From NCBI GenBank assembly GCA_964035545.1, contig OZ037768.1, positions 7,534,741 to 7,598,740 of the forward strand: a stretch of DNA of 64,000 bases. The letters are read 5' to 3'. Shown here piece after piece: positions 26,184 to 38,600 of this stretch. This DNA comes from Bugula neritina. Its lineage: Eukaryota; Animalia; Bryozoa. The notes below the pieces were generated by a model. The model had not been told where the DNA came from, did no database searches, and worked only from the letters and a program-made list of their open reading frames with translations. Position numbers and translations under genes: made by a program. Positions within the stretch are counted from its first letter, which is position 1; each line of letters opens with the position of its first letter.

Positions 26184-27830
26184 TTAGAACTGAGTTTCTG
26201 GACGAGATTTTAAGTAGTTGGCAATGCATTCTTGTTCAGCAAAGTTCTTCTCTACTTCTCGGACAGCTGTACATTCTGCATTGGGCTCAATTTGGGCTAC
26301 CTTGCAGTACTCAAGGATGCTGAACACTGCTGCATCACCAATAGATGCCTGCAAAAAAGTTAAATTACCGTATTCTCAATTTATATGCAGTTACTGAATG
26401 TATGAATTGTATTAAGCTAGCAGCTACTAAAACTTCACAAAGTGTTTTTAAAACGAGAATCTGGAAAAATTGGATAAACTTTTTAGGAGTACTGCCACAT
26501 TTGGTCTTGAATAAACAGCAGAAAATGGGGAAAATAGTTTTGATGTTTGTATATCAGCACATGAAACATGTATAATAGCTTATAAAACAGTATCTTACTT
26601 TTTCACCAAGCAAAAACTTTCCTCCTTTCACTTTAACAAGCACTTTGTTAAGACCTCCTACAGCAGAATGTATTTTCTCATCAGCAGCAGCCTGCAAAAT
26701 GCAACTTTGGATGTAGGTGAGCAGTGTGCAGCCTTGTAAAAGTTTTAGTTTTGATCTAAATAATTGTCTATGCATCAAATATTGCTTGTTACATAATGGA
26801 TCCATCTCCTAGCAGGAAATATCTGTTGATGCTAAACAGTGTATTTGTTGATTTTTAGTTTCGAAACTAAATTTACTGTAACAGGTTTTTATTAGTTAAA
26901 TAATACTAGTCTATAATAATGTAATTATAGCTGTCTCAAGTACAAGTTTTGTTCTTATGTCTCAAAAACTGTACCTTTTCTTCTTCAGTCTTGGCTCTGA
27001 ACATTTTCCCAATGATTGCATTAATAACTTCATTGCAGGATTCAATTACCATGTCACATGCAGTAGCCTCACAGTTGCTGCTTCCATACAAACCTAAATC
27101 AATGGAAACTTGTTTGTAAGATGGTGTCTGTGTATTACTACTTTATAGGCCAATGCTAATATAGTTAATAAAAGGTGCCTTATTATAAAACTGGAGTTAT
27201 CAAACATTTCATGTTTCCAGTAAAATTTAAAGCTCCAAGCAATGTACTCATGTTTATGATAGTATCTCACCTGTTTCTCTTGCTACATGTCTAGCAATAG
27301 CCATGCTTTCACAGATCTGTTGTCCATCAACCTCTAAGATTGGCAGTTGGCCTTTAAGGGTTGCTGTGCAACAAAAAAAAGTAAACCAACATAGTTTGGG
27401 CTCTGGAAATAGTCTCTAATGACAAGGTCATAATTGCTTATCACTTTTATGCTGATGTTACCTAATTGCTAATGATTGTCAACCAACATGGCATCTCTTC
27501 AAATTTTGCTCATAATATGCTCAATAATTTCTAGTATATAAAATTAAATTATTAATTAATAAAATTTTAAAACTCTTTTCTAGTTATAATACTTTTAATA
27601 TTTTGCTTGATGCTTGGAACTGTTTTTTTGTGTAGATTTACTGTATAGGCAGAAAAAGCAAAAACTGACATATCTAAATAGGAATGATGAAACTTACAAT
27701 CCTTCATGGCTTTGAACTCATCTCCAGTAAGCCGGCAGTCAACATACTTCTTGCCAGCTTGAGCAAAGAGCAACCTAGTCAGTTCAGCTCTTCCTCGAGC
27801 ATTGAAGTAGGTCAGTTTCATTTCACTCAT
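26184..27830 (-). CDS. Glutathione S-transferase, sigma class (~200 aa)
   Basis: Five exons: 27830-27698, 27363-27271, 27093-26975, 26691-26599, 26348-26184. MKLTYFNARGRAELTRLLFAQAG (catalytic Tyr), TPKGQLPILEVDG...ESMAIARHVARETGLYGSS, GKFLLGEKASIGD, YLKSRPETQF*. Confidence 0.93.
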
Positions 27831-30800
27831 TTTTGCTTTCCCTAAAAGAAGTTTATTAAATTTTATTTTTAAATAAAAGTAATTCAAGTAGAGATTTTAG
27901 GTATAAAAGACTTACATTGTGAATAAAAATTAAGCGAGTCTAAGTTTTTTTTATGAAGCTAAATGACTGTAAAAACTACTAAAACTTACATAAACAAACT
28001 TCGTAGAAAACAAATGCTATACTTGCAGTATCAAAGTTCCTTACCTGGTATTACTATTCTGCCTTGTATTACTATTCTGTCTTAAAGTTTCGCTTAGAAT
28101 GCCGGTTTACTATAGTTTATCAGCTTATATATAAATGCAGATATTTGCACAAAGTCTGTTTACATAGAACCTGGGGGGCGTATTCACCCAAGGAGCCTAT
28201 GATATGATATCTAAGGAGCATATATGATAGTCAATAATTTGCTATCAACGGGGTTGTACATAGAAAATCTGAATGCTCATAAGATGAGAAGGCATAATTG
28301 TATTCATAACCTCATTCATGACAAAGCTACTCCTAAAGAGTAAAGTTATCACTATAAATGACTAGCAACTAGCTTTATCTATTGAAAATTGGCCTCACAT
28401 TGCTAAAGAAAAGCTTATCAAGTGCATCGTGAACACATATTTTGGTTTATTAGGCTATTATATCTTAGGTGTTGAACTAATATCTGGGTCATCTATGAAT
28501 TATTTGTGTCTAATATCATTGCCCTATCTTACTGCATAAAATAGTTTTATCAGAAGTGAACATATTTTAAAAAAGAGAGGAATAAAAGTTTTGTATTATA
28601 TGCATATATAATATTGTCTAAAAAAACTGCTCAAATTTTTATAAGATGTAACATTGTAACATCTAGACTTGGCCATATTTTACTTTTATATCTATGATGT
28701 TATATTCTTGTCGAAGCTATCCTAGACAGTAGTAGATGTAAACACACCTTAAAACTCTGTGCTGTTAAAAAGTTATAGTTGAAAATTACCAGTTTTATGC
28801 ATAAATTTTTCCTCTTTTATTCTCATGATTTTAAGAGCTTAACTTTCAAATACATAGGTGATCATCAGCCATGTACTAATATTTCGAAAGAACAAGTAAC
28901 ATTGATTTTATTTCAAAGTGTGCTCATGCGATCAAAGTTGACTTATGCAAAAGTTTAGATAGTAATTTTATTATCATAGCTTATGCAAACAATATTTGGT
29001 TTGGTTTAAAATAGATAAATTTTAATGGAGATAGAATCACAAATATAAGATATGATAAAACTACTCGGCCAAATTCACCCTTAAGTAAACAGTGTATGCT
29101 TGAGATCTGAGTATAAAGTAACAGATATACACAATAAAATAGTCTGAAAATCTGTAACGATTTCATTTATAATATATTTAATAAGTTAACTTCTAGGGAC
29201 ATTAGCTTTTCTTATATTCAGTGTTGAAAAGTTAAGGTGGCCCTTTAAAGTATTTTAAATAAACAGGGTTAGTAGAAAGTGAAGAGCAGCTGTTTTCCTA
29301 GTTGGTGTAAAATTAATGGGCAAAACTATTATAGAAATTGTTTCTTACACCACTAACCATTTAGTTGCATATTTCTAATTGTAACTCTGAGCTGTTATGG
29401 TATAACATTCGTATCTAATACATACTTTACCTTCTGGTAACACACTTCAATTTACAACATTTCTAAAATAAGCTATTAATTGTTTCTCATGTTTATTGTA
29501 TTAGACTTTTGAAATTTTCTTTTTAGACTTCCAGTTACACCAATAAATACTGTGCTGAAGTTCCACAAAGCTTTCTATTCTTCATCTACTTCCTGCATTG
29601 TTGAATTAAGCAAAGAATATCTAGATTTGATAAATATTGGACAATAGTTAGTTAGATTTTAGGTGCACTATAAACTATTTGTAGCCGGTTATGAGGCACT
29701 AATTAGCAGAATATCATTCAAAGTAAGTATGCCATACCTAAGTTTTTTTTCAGCAGGAAATGTTCACATACACATACAATATAGCAGACTGGTTATAGGT
29801 ATTTCAAGGTAACCTGGTGAAACCTGTAATATATTTAAACAGGCCCAATTCAGCCTTATAGGTGACCTGTATAGGCGAATTAAAGGCATAATATTTCAGT
29901 AAATTCATTGAAAATTTGTGGGGAAACAGAAGAGTTATGTAGCATAGCTGTTTAAGTTTATATTGTGTTCATAAAGTGTGCAAAAACTATATGCATGTTG
30001 ATCATTTGTGATGACTGTTCTTTTTAGTGCAACAAATCTTACGAGTCTGTATATATTGAAATTCTTTACTAATGCCAAATTAAGACCTAGCTATCATTCC
30101 TGGCTACAGTTTGGTATCAGTTGGCAGAGGTTATAAATCACAGTAGTCAGGTCTTTGTGATCAATTAATCGTGTTTAAATCTTATTAGTTATTATATACG
30201 TATGCAAGTAAAAATTAATACACAGTTGACCATGTTTAAATATGCAAGTAAAAATTTGTGTTTACATAGGCTTGAAAACTTCTTACGTTTATTAAAAGAT
30301 GACAACTCCGGCTGTTTTAGAGTAATATTCTTTTTGTAGCTGTGTAAATTACATTGGTTTTCACATTTAAGTGAAATTCACGTATTTTAACTATATTCCA
30401 TTTAATGTTTAAGTGTATACGTTCTTCCCTTTTAGTTTCCAGACATGTTTACTGAGTAAGGTATTATTTCTTTTATTTATATGTTTGAAGGAGGCTTCAT
30501 GATTATTATATCTAGTTTTGAAAGTTGTTGAACAAGGTCTGATGTAGGATTGGCAGAGTCGCTTATATATTTCTAGATGGTACTTAGATATTTATTGTGC
30601 GACTTGTAGTTTCGTGCTTTTAGCTCTTCTAGCACTCATCGGGCACATTGGAAATTTAAATTATTACATTAAGTAATTCAACAAGTGAAACACAATATGC
30701 AAATCAGGGAATGGTTGTTAGGTTATTAGGCTATTAAATATCATGTAGTATATATAATTGTTGAGTTTTCTGGTTACATAGTAGGAGTTTGTTTGAATGT

Positions 30801-32039
30801 TGACAGGTTGATAGTAGTTCATTCCTTTTGCTTAATGTGCACATGTTGGACTTGTATAAAATAAAAATGACATTCCCATAGGCACAGATTCCATTGTTTG
30901 GTAATGCTATTGTATGAGTTTGGTTCTTTATATTATATTTAAAGTATCTCAACTTATAACTTGAGTCGCCAAACTTCTGCTAGCCGATATTTAAATAAAA
31001 GAACTTTTTCCATATCTGCATCAACCTTTGCACAGTAGATAAAATTATGGCTAAAAACATATATATGCATGTGTTCAGATTAAACGGTTATTGAAACCAT
31101 TACATGCTATTACTTACTTTTCCAGATTGGTGTTGCTTTTTATTTGGACTTGCTGTTTAGTAACTGCTTAGTACAGAATTATGCAGGTTATGTTGTGCTA
31201 TGGAGTTTCAGTTCCATTAGATATTTGGTGCATGCTTTAATGAGAGAAGTTGCATTGGAAGAAGGCGTGAATTTGTTATACTTTGCTATAAATAATTTAT
31301 ATTACATATAAATTAAATTAAAATCTGCAACAAATTGAGAAATTATTGAATTGGTGGTGGAAAGACATTAGGTCTGCAAAGGGAAATAATGTTGAAATTA
31401 CTTAGTACTTCGTAGTACCTCTTTGAGGTAGACTAATACGCATGATCTCACTTGGTACATGAGAATATGTAAGGTGTAGGCCTACTAGACATGTTGTTAG
31501 TTAAAGACTAAAGGATTTTAGTATTAATAGAATACTTAAATTTACAGTTTTAAATCCTTACTTCAGAAAGTTTTAAACAAATTATAACTTCAGACAGCAT
31601 ACAAACACCAGCCATGCATAGGATTTTGTGTGCAACAATAACTGAATCAGTCTTAGATTCTGTTTTAATATAAGCAGGCAAACCATAAAGTAAGAGTATT
31701 GAAATATGTGTTTAGCCTATTTAATAAAAAAAATAATATGTAGCTTTTTACAAACAAAAAAAACCATAGCACCTATAATAACAGTCAAAGAATATGTGGA
31801 AATAACACATTCAATTTCTAATATACAACAATTTAGACATTTTATTTTATGTATGCAAGGTAAAAACAATAAATGTCGAGTGTTCCATGAAAAGACATTA
31901 TGACATTAGTGCGATCAAAGTTTTTATATAGACTTGATGCTTTAAAAATACTGAGCATTAGATAGTTACAACACAATAAAGGATAAAAGAACCACAGGTA
32001 AGTTTACAGAATAAACAAATTATTTTCAACAGAATAATA

Positions 32040-32830
32040 TATCCTTAAAAACTTAACTATAGAGTAACAAAGTAACATTTGGCTCTATCATGTCTAGTTC
32101 ACTCTCTTACAGTTCTACATTATGCTACAAATTATTAAATATAGTTGTAGTAAATAAAAAATGAATTTTGAAAATATTGACATGTTGAAGAAAATAAATT
32201 AAGATATTGAAACAAAATAAACTAAAAAATACATAGGCTTTGCGCCCATGCTTGAGTTACCAAAGAGAGGATTGAGCTGCAATAAGAGAATGTCTTTCTA
32301 TCTGTGCAGTAATGTATTGTATATTTATTTACATGAGGTGAACTCAATGGAAGAAGGAATATTAAAATAAAAAGAGCTTGCACCCATGTTTAAGTAAATA
32401 AAAACATACAATTTCGCCTAATTCAGATTATACATACTTTGATTGAGTGTTAACATTCAGCTCTGTGGGAGGGAGTTTGATTGCGGTGGACCAGTAACAT
32501 AAGACTTCACAAGATTAAGAATATATATACTTTGACTAAGTGTTAACACATTGCACATTTAGCTCTATCAGAAGTAGTCTGATGACTGTGGTGGACCTGT
32601 AATTTATATTATACAAGGAGTGAAAAAAAGTCTTAAAAATAATGCATGAAGAATTTGGTGAACACACCGGTGTTCAGGTTATATAAATGCATGAAAATAT
32701 AAATAACCTGTGTTAATAACATACAATTTCACCAAATCCAAATTATACATACTTTCATTGAGTGTTGACAGAGGGCACATTTAGTTCAATCAGAGGGATT
32801 CTGATGGTTGCGGTGGACCTGTAAATATTA
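32040..32830 (-). pseudogene. Relic third member (C) of the orphan A/B family
   Basis: Three tandem copies (~32818-32753, ~32596-32531, ~32491-32438) of gene A exon 10952-11014 with its intron flanks; two carry in-frame stops and one has a mutated acceptor. They are followed by a gene-B-like 3'-UTR piece (32395-32271) fused to a gene-A-like 3'-UTR piece (32272-32082). Confidence 0.75.
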
Positions 32831-35439
32831 TATAAGGACTGAAAAATAATCTTATAACTAATGCATGAATAAATTTGGTAAGCGCGTCAGTTTAGGTGTA
32901 ATAATAGCATATATATAGCCTATATGCAGTCTGGTAGGCAAATACTTAAGTAGCAGCAACAAAAAGTGAAATTAAGTAAAACAAATAATGAAAGTAAATT
33001 TTATTAGCGTAGTGCAAAACTGTGTGAGAATGCAGGAGACATGACTAAGCTATAAACTAATTAATGGTTAAAAAATAATTTTTTTTTTACTTTTTTGAAC
33101 CTGCATAATTGCTTTTAATATTTATAAAATTGTAGGTGGCTTAAATATGCATGATTTATATTCACTCATAACATCTACTTGCATTTTGATAGGTAAATAC
33201 TTAATAACAGTAGCAAAAAATCAACAAAATTTGAGTTGGATTATATTATTATAATACAGAACAAAGTCATGTTTAACAAATTATTTAAATTAGTTCAACT
33301 TGTTGTAGTGTCTGCGTCTTTTTACTAACTCAATATTTATCAAGCTAGTCAGTCAGCTTTGAGAATTGATACAATAAAAGGATATTGACAACAAGTGAGC
33401 TGATGGTTTCAAAATTAAAAGAAATGCATGCGTTACCGTTACTGATACTTGACATTTCTCTACGGCAGATAGTTTGCCCATAGTTATTTTCTCATCTTTA
33501 TAGAAACCAATACTATTGTAATTAAATGGGTAGAAGCAATAGGACTTGGCTGTCATGTAAGTGCTAAATTAGCTGAGTTTAAACAAAACTTTATAAGCTT
33601 TACCAGCATTGGTGATGTTCTGCAGTTTTTCAGTAGCAGGAATAATAAACTAACAGAATATGCATGACTTTGTAACACAATGTAAGGATTTTTTAGTTTT
33701 AGCAATTAAAACTACATGGTACTGTCCTATCAGTTTTATAAGAGTAACTGATCAACTAATATATTATATGGGCCAACCCAACAGTATGTATTTGTGGATG
33801 TATACCCAATTAACCTAGTGAAATGTAAGGCATTTTATTAAAGTTAAATAAATGCTATTTTATTATAAAAAATACACAACTATAATAGGGCAATCAAGGA
33901 AATTGGTAGCCAGCATGCCTTAATCACCGTGGTGCAGTTGTTACAGTATTATTATGACGTTAACTCCTTCTGCAGGTAAATGTTGAGTAGTTTTTTTATT
34001 TAGTTTTTTGGTCTAAATGAATTTTTATTCTTCTGTTAGGGTTTGTGTTTGAAATGCAGTTAGTTTGAAGGTGAAACACATTTAGACCTACTCTAGGTGG
34101 TTTCATTTTACAACTACTTTTAGGCCAATGCTTTCAAATAAAGAAGAACCTGTTTTAGCATGTTTGCATAAATTGGTGTCATTTTTGTGGTGGGTGACAA
34201 GGTGGTTTGTCTAAATAATAGGTAGTTTGTTATGCCATAGTCATTATTTCTTTAAAACTAAAAGTTTATATGTATAATAATGATTAGTTTTTTGTAGACC
34301 TTCTTGTTCTAATTGTATATATAATATATATAAATTTACTAGTGGAAGTTTAGAGCCATGTTAATTGTTACATAATTAGTAACTCTGTGAAGATTGAAAT
34401 AGCAGCTTCATCATTCATTCTAGATACACTTTGTTTCCAATTGAACCATTCTTATTCACTAGTTTCTACAGAACTGGTTATTCTCAATCATTGATAACAA
34501 AAAAACTTAGTAGTTTATTTTTCTAATAAAAAACTCTTATATAGCGGAATCAGTTTTCATCATTTTTTAAATAGACCTGTACTCAAAATTCGCCACCTAT
34601 ACCTTGAATTTTTTCTTTTCCCAATACTTCATATAGCTGTAAGACTGTAAGAATAGCTCCCTGCAGCAAATAGGATATTGTATTGTTTGCAGGTTATATC
34701 AAAGTTATAGCAATTAAACTGAGTTATTTATTTCACTGTCTGAGTCAGTCTAGTGTTGCCAACAGACGTGTTTTCAGCTTTTAAAGATGTATCAAGTTCT
34801 GATTCAGTTTGCATACTTCCCATCTATAATACTTGCATATCAATTTTTAACTCTAGCAAAACAGTAGACCATAGCCTACCCACTGACTGTGATATATTCA
34901 CTGTCTTTTATTCGAATGATATTCTGCTAAAACCCATCAAATGTTCAACAAAGTTTATTATAACAACATGTCTTGTTACTCAATGTATTTATTACCTTAC
35001 TTATAAGGAATATTGTATTTTAACTTTTGTAAAAAAATAAAAATAGGTTATGCTCATTTTTATATACGATGCAGTTGTGGCAATTATTGTTGAATGCTTT
35101 TAGTATGCTACATTTGGCCATTATCTTTTAATGTATAATTTATGTGCAATAAATACCCCAAAAACTAAAACTAAAAGGTTTTATATTTATTTAGAGCAGA
35201 AATTAGTATAATTACTACAATCTGTAACAGCCTCACTAACGAACAAAAGATGGAATGACATAGTTCTCATTGGCTATTCTTTAAAGCATTGAAATGAAGG
35301 TGATGTGCAGTGATATGGTACTAAACTCTTGTAATTTGTTAACAAGCGATTTGTTATATAATAAACAAATTAATTATTTACAACTTGCAAAATTGTATAA
35401 TCAAAAATATTTTTAATTGAGTAGCTAAAACAGCAACAT

Positions 35440-35552
35440 TTTTCAAATATGGTAATAATCATGCATCACCTAGACAACAATTGTTCACTCACCCATTGTT
35501 GTTCAAAACGTTGGCTGAGCATTTCATGTTTGATAGAGAAAATACTTAGCTG
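35440..35552 (+). promoter_or_regulatory. Putative proximal promoter/5' leader of orphan gene B; four boxes shared with gene A
   Basis: TTTTCAAATATGGTA 35440-35454, GACAACAATTGTT 35473-35485, ACCCATTGTTGTTCAAAACGTT 35491-35512 (19/22 identical to gene A) and AAATACTTAGCTG 35540-35552, with the same box3-to-box4 spacing as in A. Confidence 0.6.
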
Positions 35553-35608
35553 ATTTTCTTGATATTGCTATTTGCTGCTTACAAAGCTGTTACTCGTGTA
35601 AACTAATT

Positions 35609-38600
35609 ATGTCTGAGAGAATTCCTACGGTCACTTCATCTAACCTGGAGGCTTCTTCCAGAGCCCCTACTCCATGCTCTGAAGCTGATGTCATCGAGGA
35701 AAGCATTGTGCGACTTCCCTCGCCAAAGGAGATGGCTTTTGAGACTTCGGAGAACATTCTCTTTGAGAAACTGCCTCTTGTTTCCAGTGGTATGAATATT
35801 CATTAATGCTTCTTTGTAAAGTTTAAAACATGTATTTCTATATTTTTAATTGGTATACCGTAGGTATTTAGTTGTGCAACCAAATCTTTAGAAATTTCTA
35901 GTATTTGCTTTGAATATATATATACCCAGCGGTTTTTGTATTTCTCGGGTATTTTAAAAAATCTTTCAAATAATTTATTTTATAATTTGCGTGTGCAATG
36001 AAACTTTACACACACTTCGCTGCCAAATTCACTCCTGTGAAGGTCTTATATGTGTTTTCAAAACAAGCTAGTGATTCAGCCAAATTTCAGCAAAAATCTG
36101 CACTAGTTTGCCTTCTGCTTTTTCAATGGGAAGTAATTTGTTCTAATAAATATAAGAGGTGCTCCAGAGCTTAAGTAGGGGAGCTGATGATCCATAGGTA
36201 GTGTCTCTTTAGGCTCTCATGTCTTGCATCTTTGGGCTTACTTTTCTGATCCACAAAAGTTAGCCCACTCATTCATGTCTGCCATTTTCACCAACATAGG
36301 TTGACTGGTGTATAAGTAGACCCATTAATTTAGACCTCGAAGCACTAATTAATTTGGTTTAGTTGAATCAGCACTATGGAAAGCTTTGGTGCATTAATTT
36401 TGTATGTGATCTTGACAAGCCTGGGGCTCCAGTCTTTACTACAGGGACTTACAGGCTCAATTGGCACTCAAACCTGCAAGGTCTCAGCTCTAACTCTAAC
36501 TACCTTATAAACTGACCTTGGTTGTTTCAGCAAACTCCACCAATTAGCCCCAAAAGGCTAGCAGCTTCTGCTTGTCTTCCAGGGGTGGATAATGCCAATC
36601 TTCTCATAATTATCAATAATAATTAGCTTCTGGTGACTGCTTTAGGTATAATCCTTTGCCCTGATCAAACAATTCTTCTGTGGAGAGTTTATTCTCTGCC
36701 ATTGTCCATCTCTTTTTTCTTTGCCAGTCTATCTGTCAAATTTGGTGTTTATTTTGTAATAATCATGTGCGTGCGTGCGTGTGCTACTTATGATAGCTTA
36801 ACTTTAAATAAACAGAACATTAGCTTAGAAACTGTTCTAGGCAAATGACATGAGCCAATAAACTCTAAAGACTTTCCACATTTTATTCGAATCTGATTTT
36901 GCATTTACATCTTCAACCAGTTTCATTACATTTATATTTTTGTTTGATTTTAATAGTGCAAGTATTTTATACTATATATATTGGAGTCATTAATTTACAA
37001 TGTTGTAGCTGAAGGTGAAAAGAGTGCTGAAGTGCAAGATTCTAAGGCTGGGAGAAGCAAAGTGTAAGTATAATTATATGTAATATATTCTTTAATATCT
37101 GATTGCTACTTTTTACTCCATAAGCTGTATTTAAGCATGCTTTAGCTAGTATGGAAAGGCTTTTAATAATTTGCTGCAGGAATGCACTCAAGAGAAGAAT
37201 GCAGAATGCGAAGGAGTTTGGCGATGAGCTTGAGAAGAGCCAATCGTTTGAGGAAGATTCCGATGTTTCTGAAGAGAAACCTGTAACACCTGTGTTGTCT
37301 AATGGTGAGCAGAATATATATCTGTCTAAAAGCTCATCCAATTTTATAGCCACTATCCCTGTGAGAACCCCTGATGGAAAGGGCTCTTTTAATCTGGCTG
37401 AAGACTGTTCAGATGAGGCACATTCAGAAACAATTATGATATTCCGAACATCACCAATAACCTTTACTGGGATTCTGAACCCATGACCTCATGTTTACTA
37501 AGCCAACCTCTACCACCTAGAACATGGCTGCTCTCTCAGAATATATGCTTTCATAGTATATGGTTAAACTTTAAACATATAATAATCGTTTTATAATCTT
37601 TTGAGTAAGTAGAAAATATGTTTCTTACTAAAAACGGCTTGCCTTGTGATACTGTAATAATTGTATGAACTGCATAAGGAAGTTTATTATTTGGCTTTTC
37701 TTGCAGAAGAAGGCTGCACCAAGAGCTCTGCTCAGGGCAAGCAGTGAGTATGCGTATAGGTTACTTGGTATGGTAAACTCTATAATTTAGTATAAGTTTC
37801 GAGTTATGGTATGCTTTGCTATATATAAGATGCAGTATATTTTGTTTAAAAATTTGCATATATGCAAAAAAATAAATATTTCGCACCAGTTGTAAAACTA
37901 TTTTTTCGTTGTTCATCTCGTTTCATTTCGTTCTAGCAGAAGTGTGCTGAAAAGCAGATTGGGAAAAGCCATGCAGTTTGGAGAAGAAGTGAAGAGGAAT
38001 GTGAATGATAATGATGCTGTGCCCAAAACTGACCAACTGATGGCCAGTGACAATGTTACTATGTCTCCATCTAGCACTAGCCCTATGAAGGATGCCTTAC
38101 TTGAAAGTACGGTTGTAATTTTAATATTGTAATAATTGGTTTGTTTTATGTTGTTCAGGGAAGTTTGTGAGTTTTAGTTCTGTCTCGTTCATCATATTAT
38201 CATTTCCTTCTGTTTAAATTAAACTTTTACATTACAAAATGGTGCGCGAAACTGGGGAGAAAAAAAGAAATTTGTAGCTACATAAACAAAAGTAATTCAA
38301 CTCATAAATTAAGTAATAGAACTTTGAGGAATCATTTTTTTCATCCTTCACAATTCATCCTGCATCATGGTCAAATTTGTAGTGTTTCTATTTATAGTAT
38401 ATTTGCACCGCATCACTTTAAAATTTGATACGTGCATAATGAAAGAAAGTTTATGTTAAAAACATAAAGCAAATAATTGTGTGGATCTGTAACTTGTGGT
38501 AATTTGAAATATAGTACTTTGTAGATGATGAAACTGTTAAAATATTAAAATGACGTTTTAAAAAATTGTATATTTTATAGAGAGCGCATCAAAAGCTTTC

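Noticed and set aside
28500-31300. Possible spliced + strand transcript divergent from the GST (splice-like sites near 29526, 29685-29722, 30442, 31125)
   Set aside because: No coherent ORF or recognisable homology; such sites arise by chance.
33437-34926. Candidate minus-strand exons (34926-34880, 34823-34737, 33650-33605, ~33495-33437) as the 5' part of relic C, head-to-head with gene B
   Set aside because: Individually plausible splice sites and short open frames, but the phases do not chain into one ORF and I could not see clear homology to A or B. Left unannotated pending RNA-seq.
29703-34930. Exact 17-bp inverted match TTAGCAGAATATCATTC (29703-29719 versus 34914-34930)
   Set aside because: Does not extend on either side; roughly one such match is expected by chance in 64 kb of AT-rich DNA.
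36130-36720. GC-richer block in gene B intron 1, probably old transposon debris
   Set aside because: No second copy in the window and no diagnostic motif that I could support.
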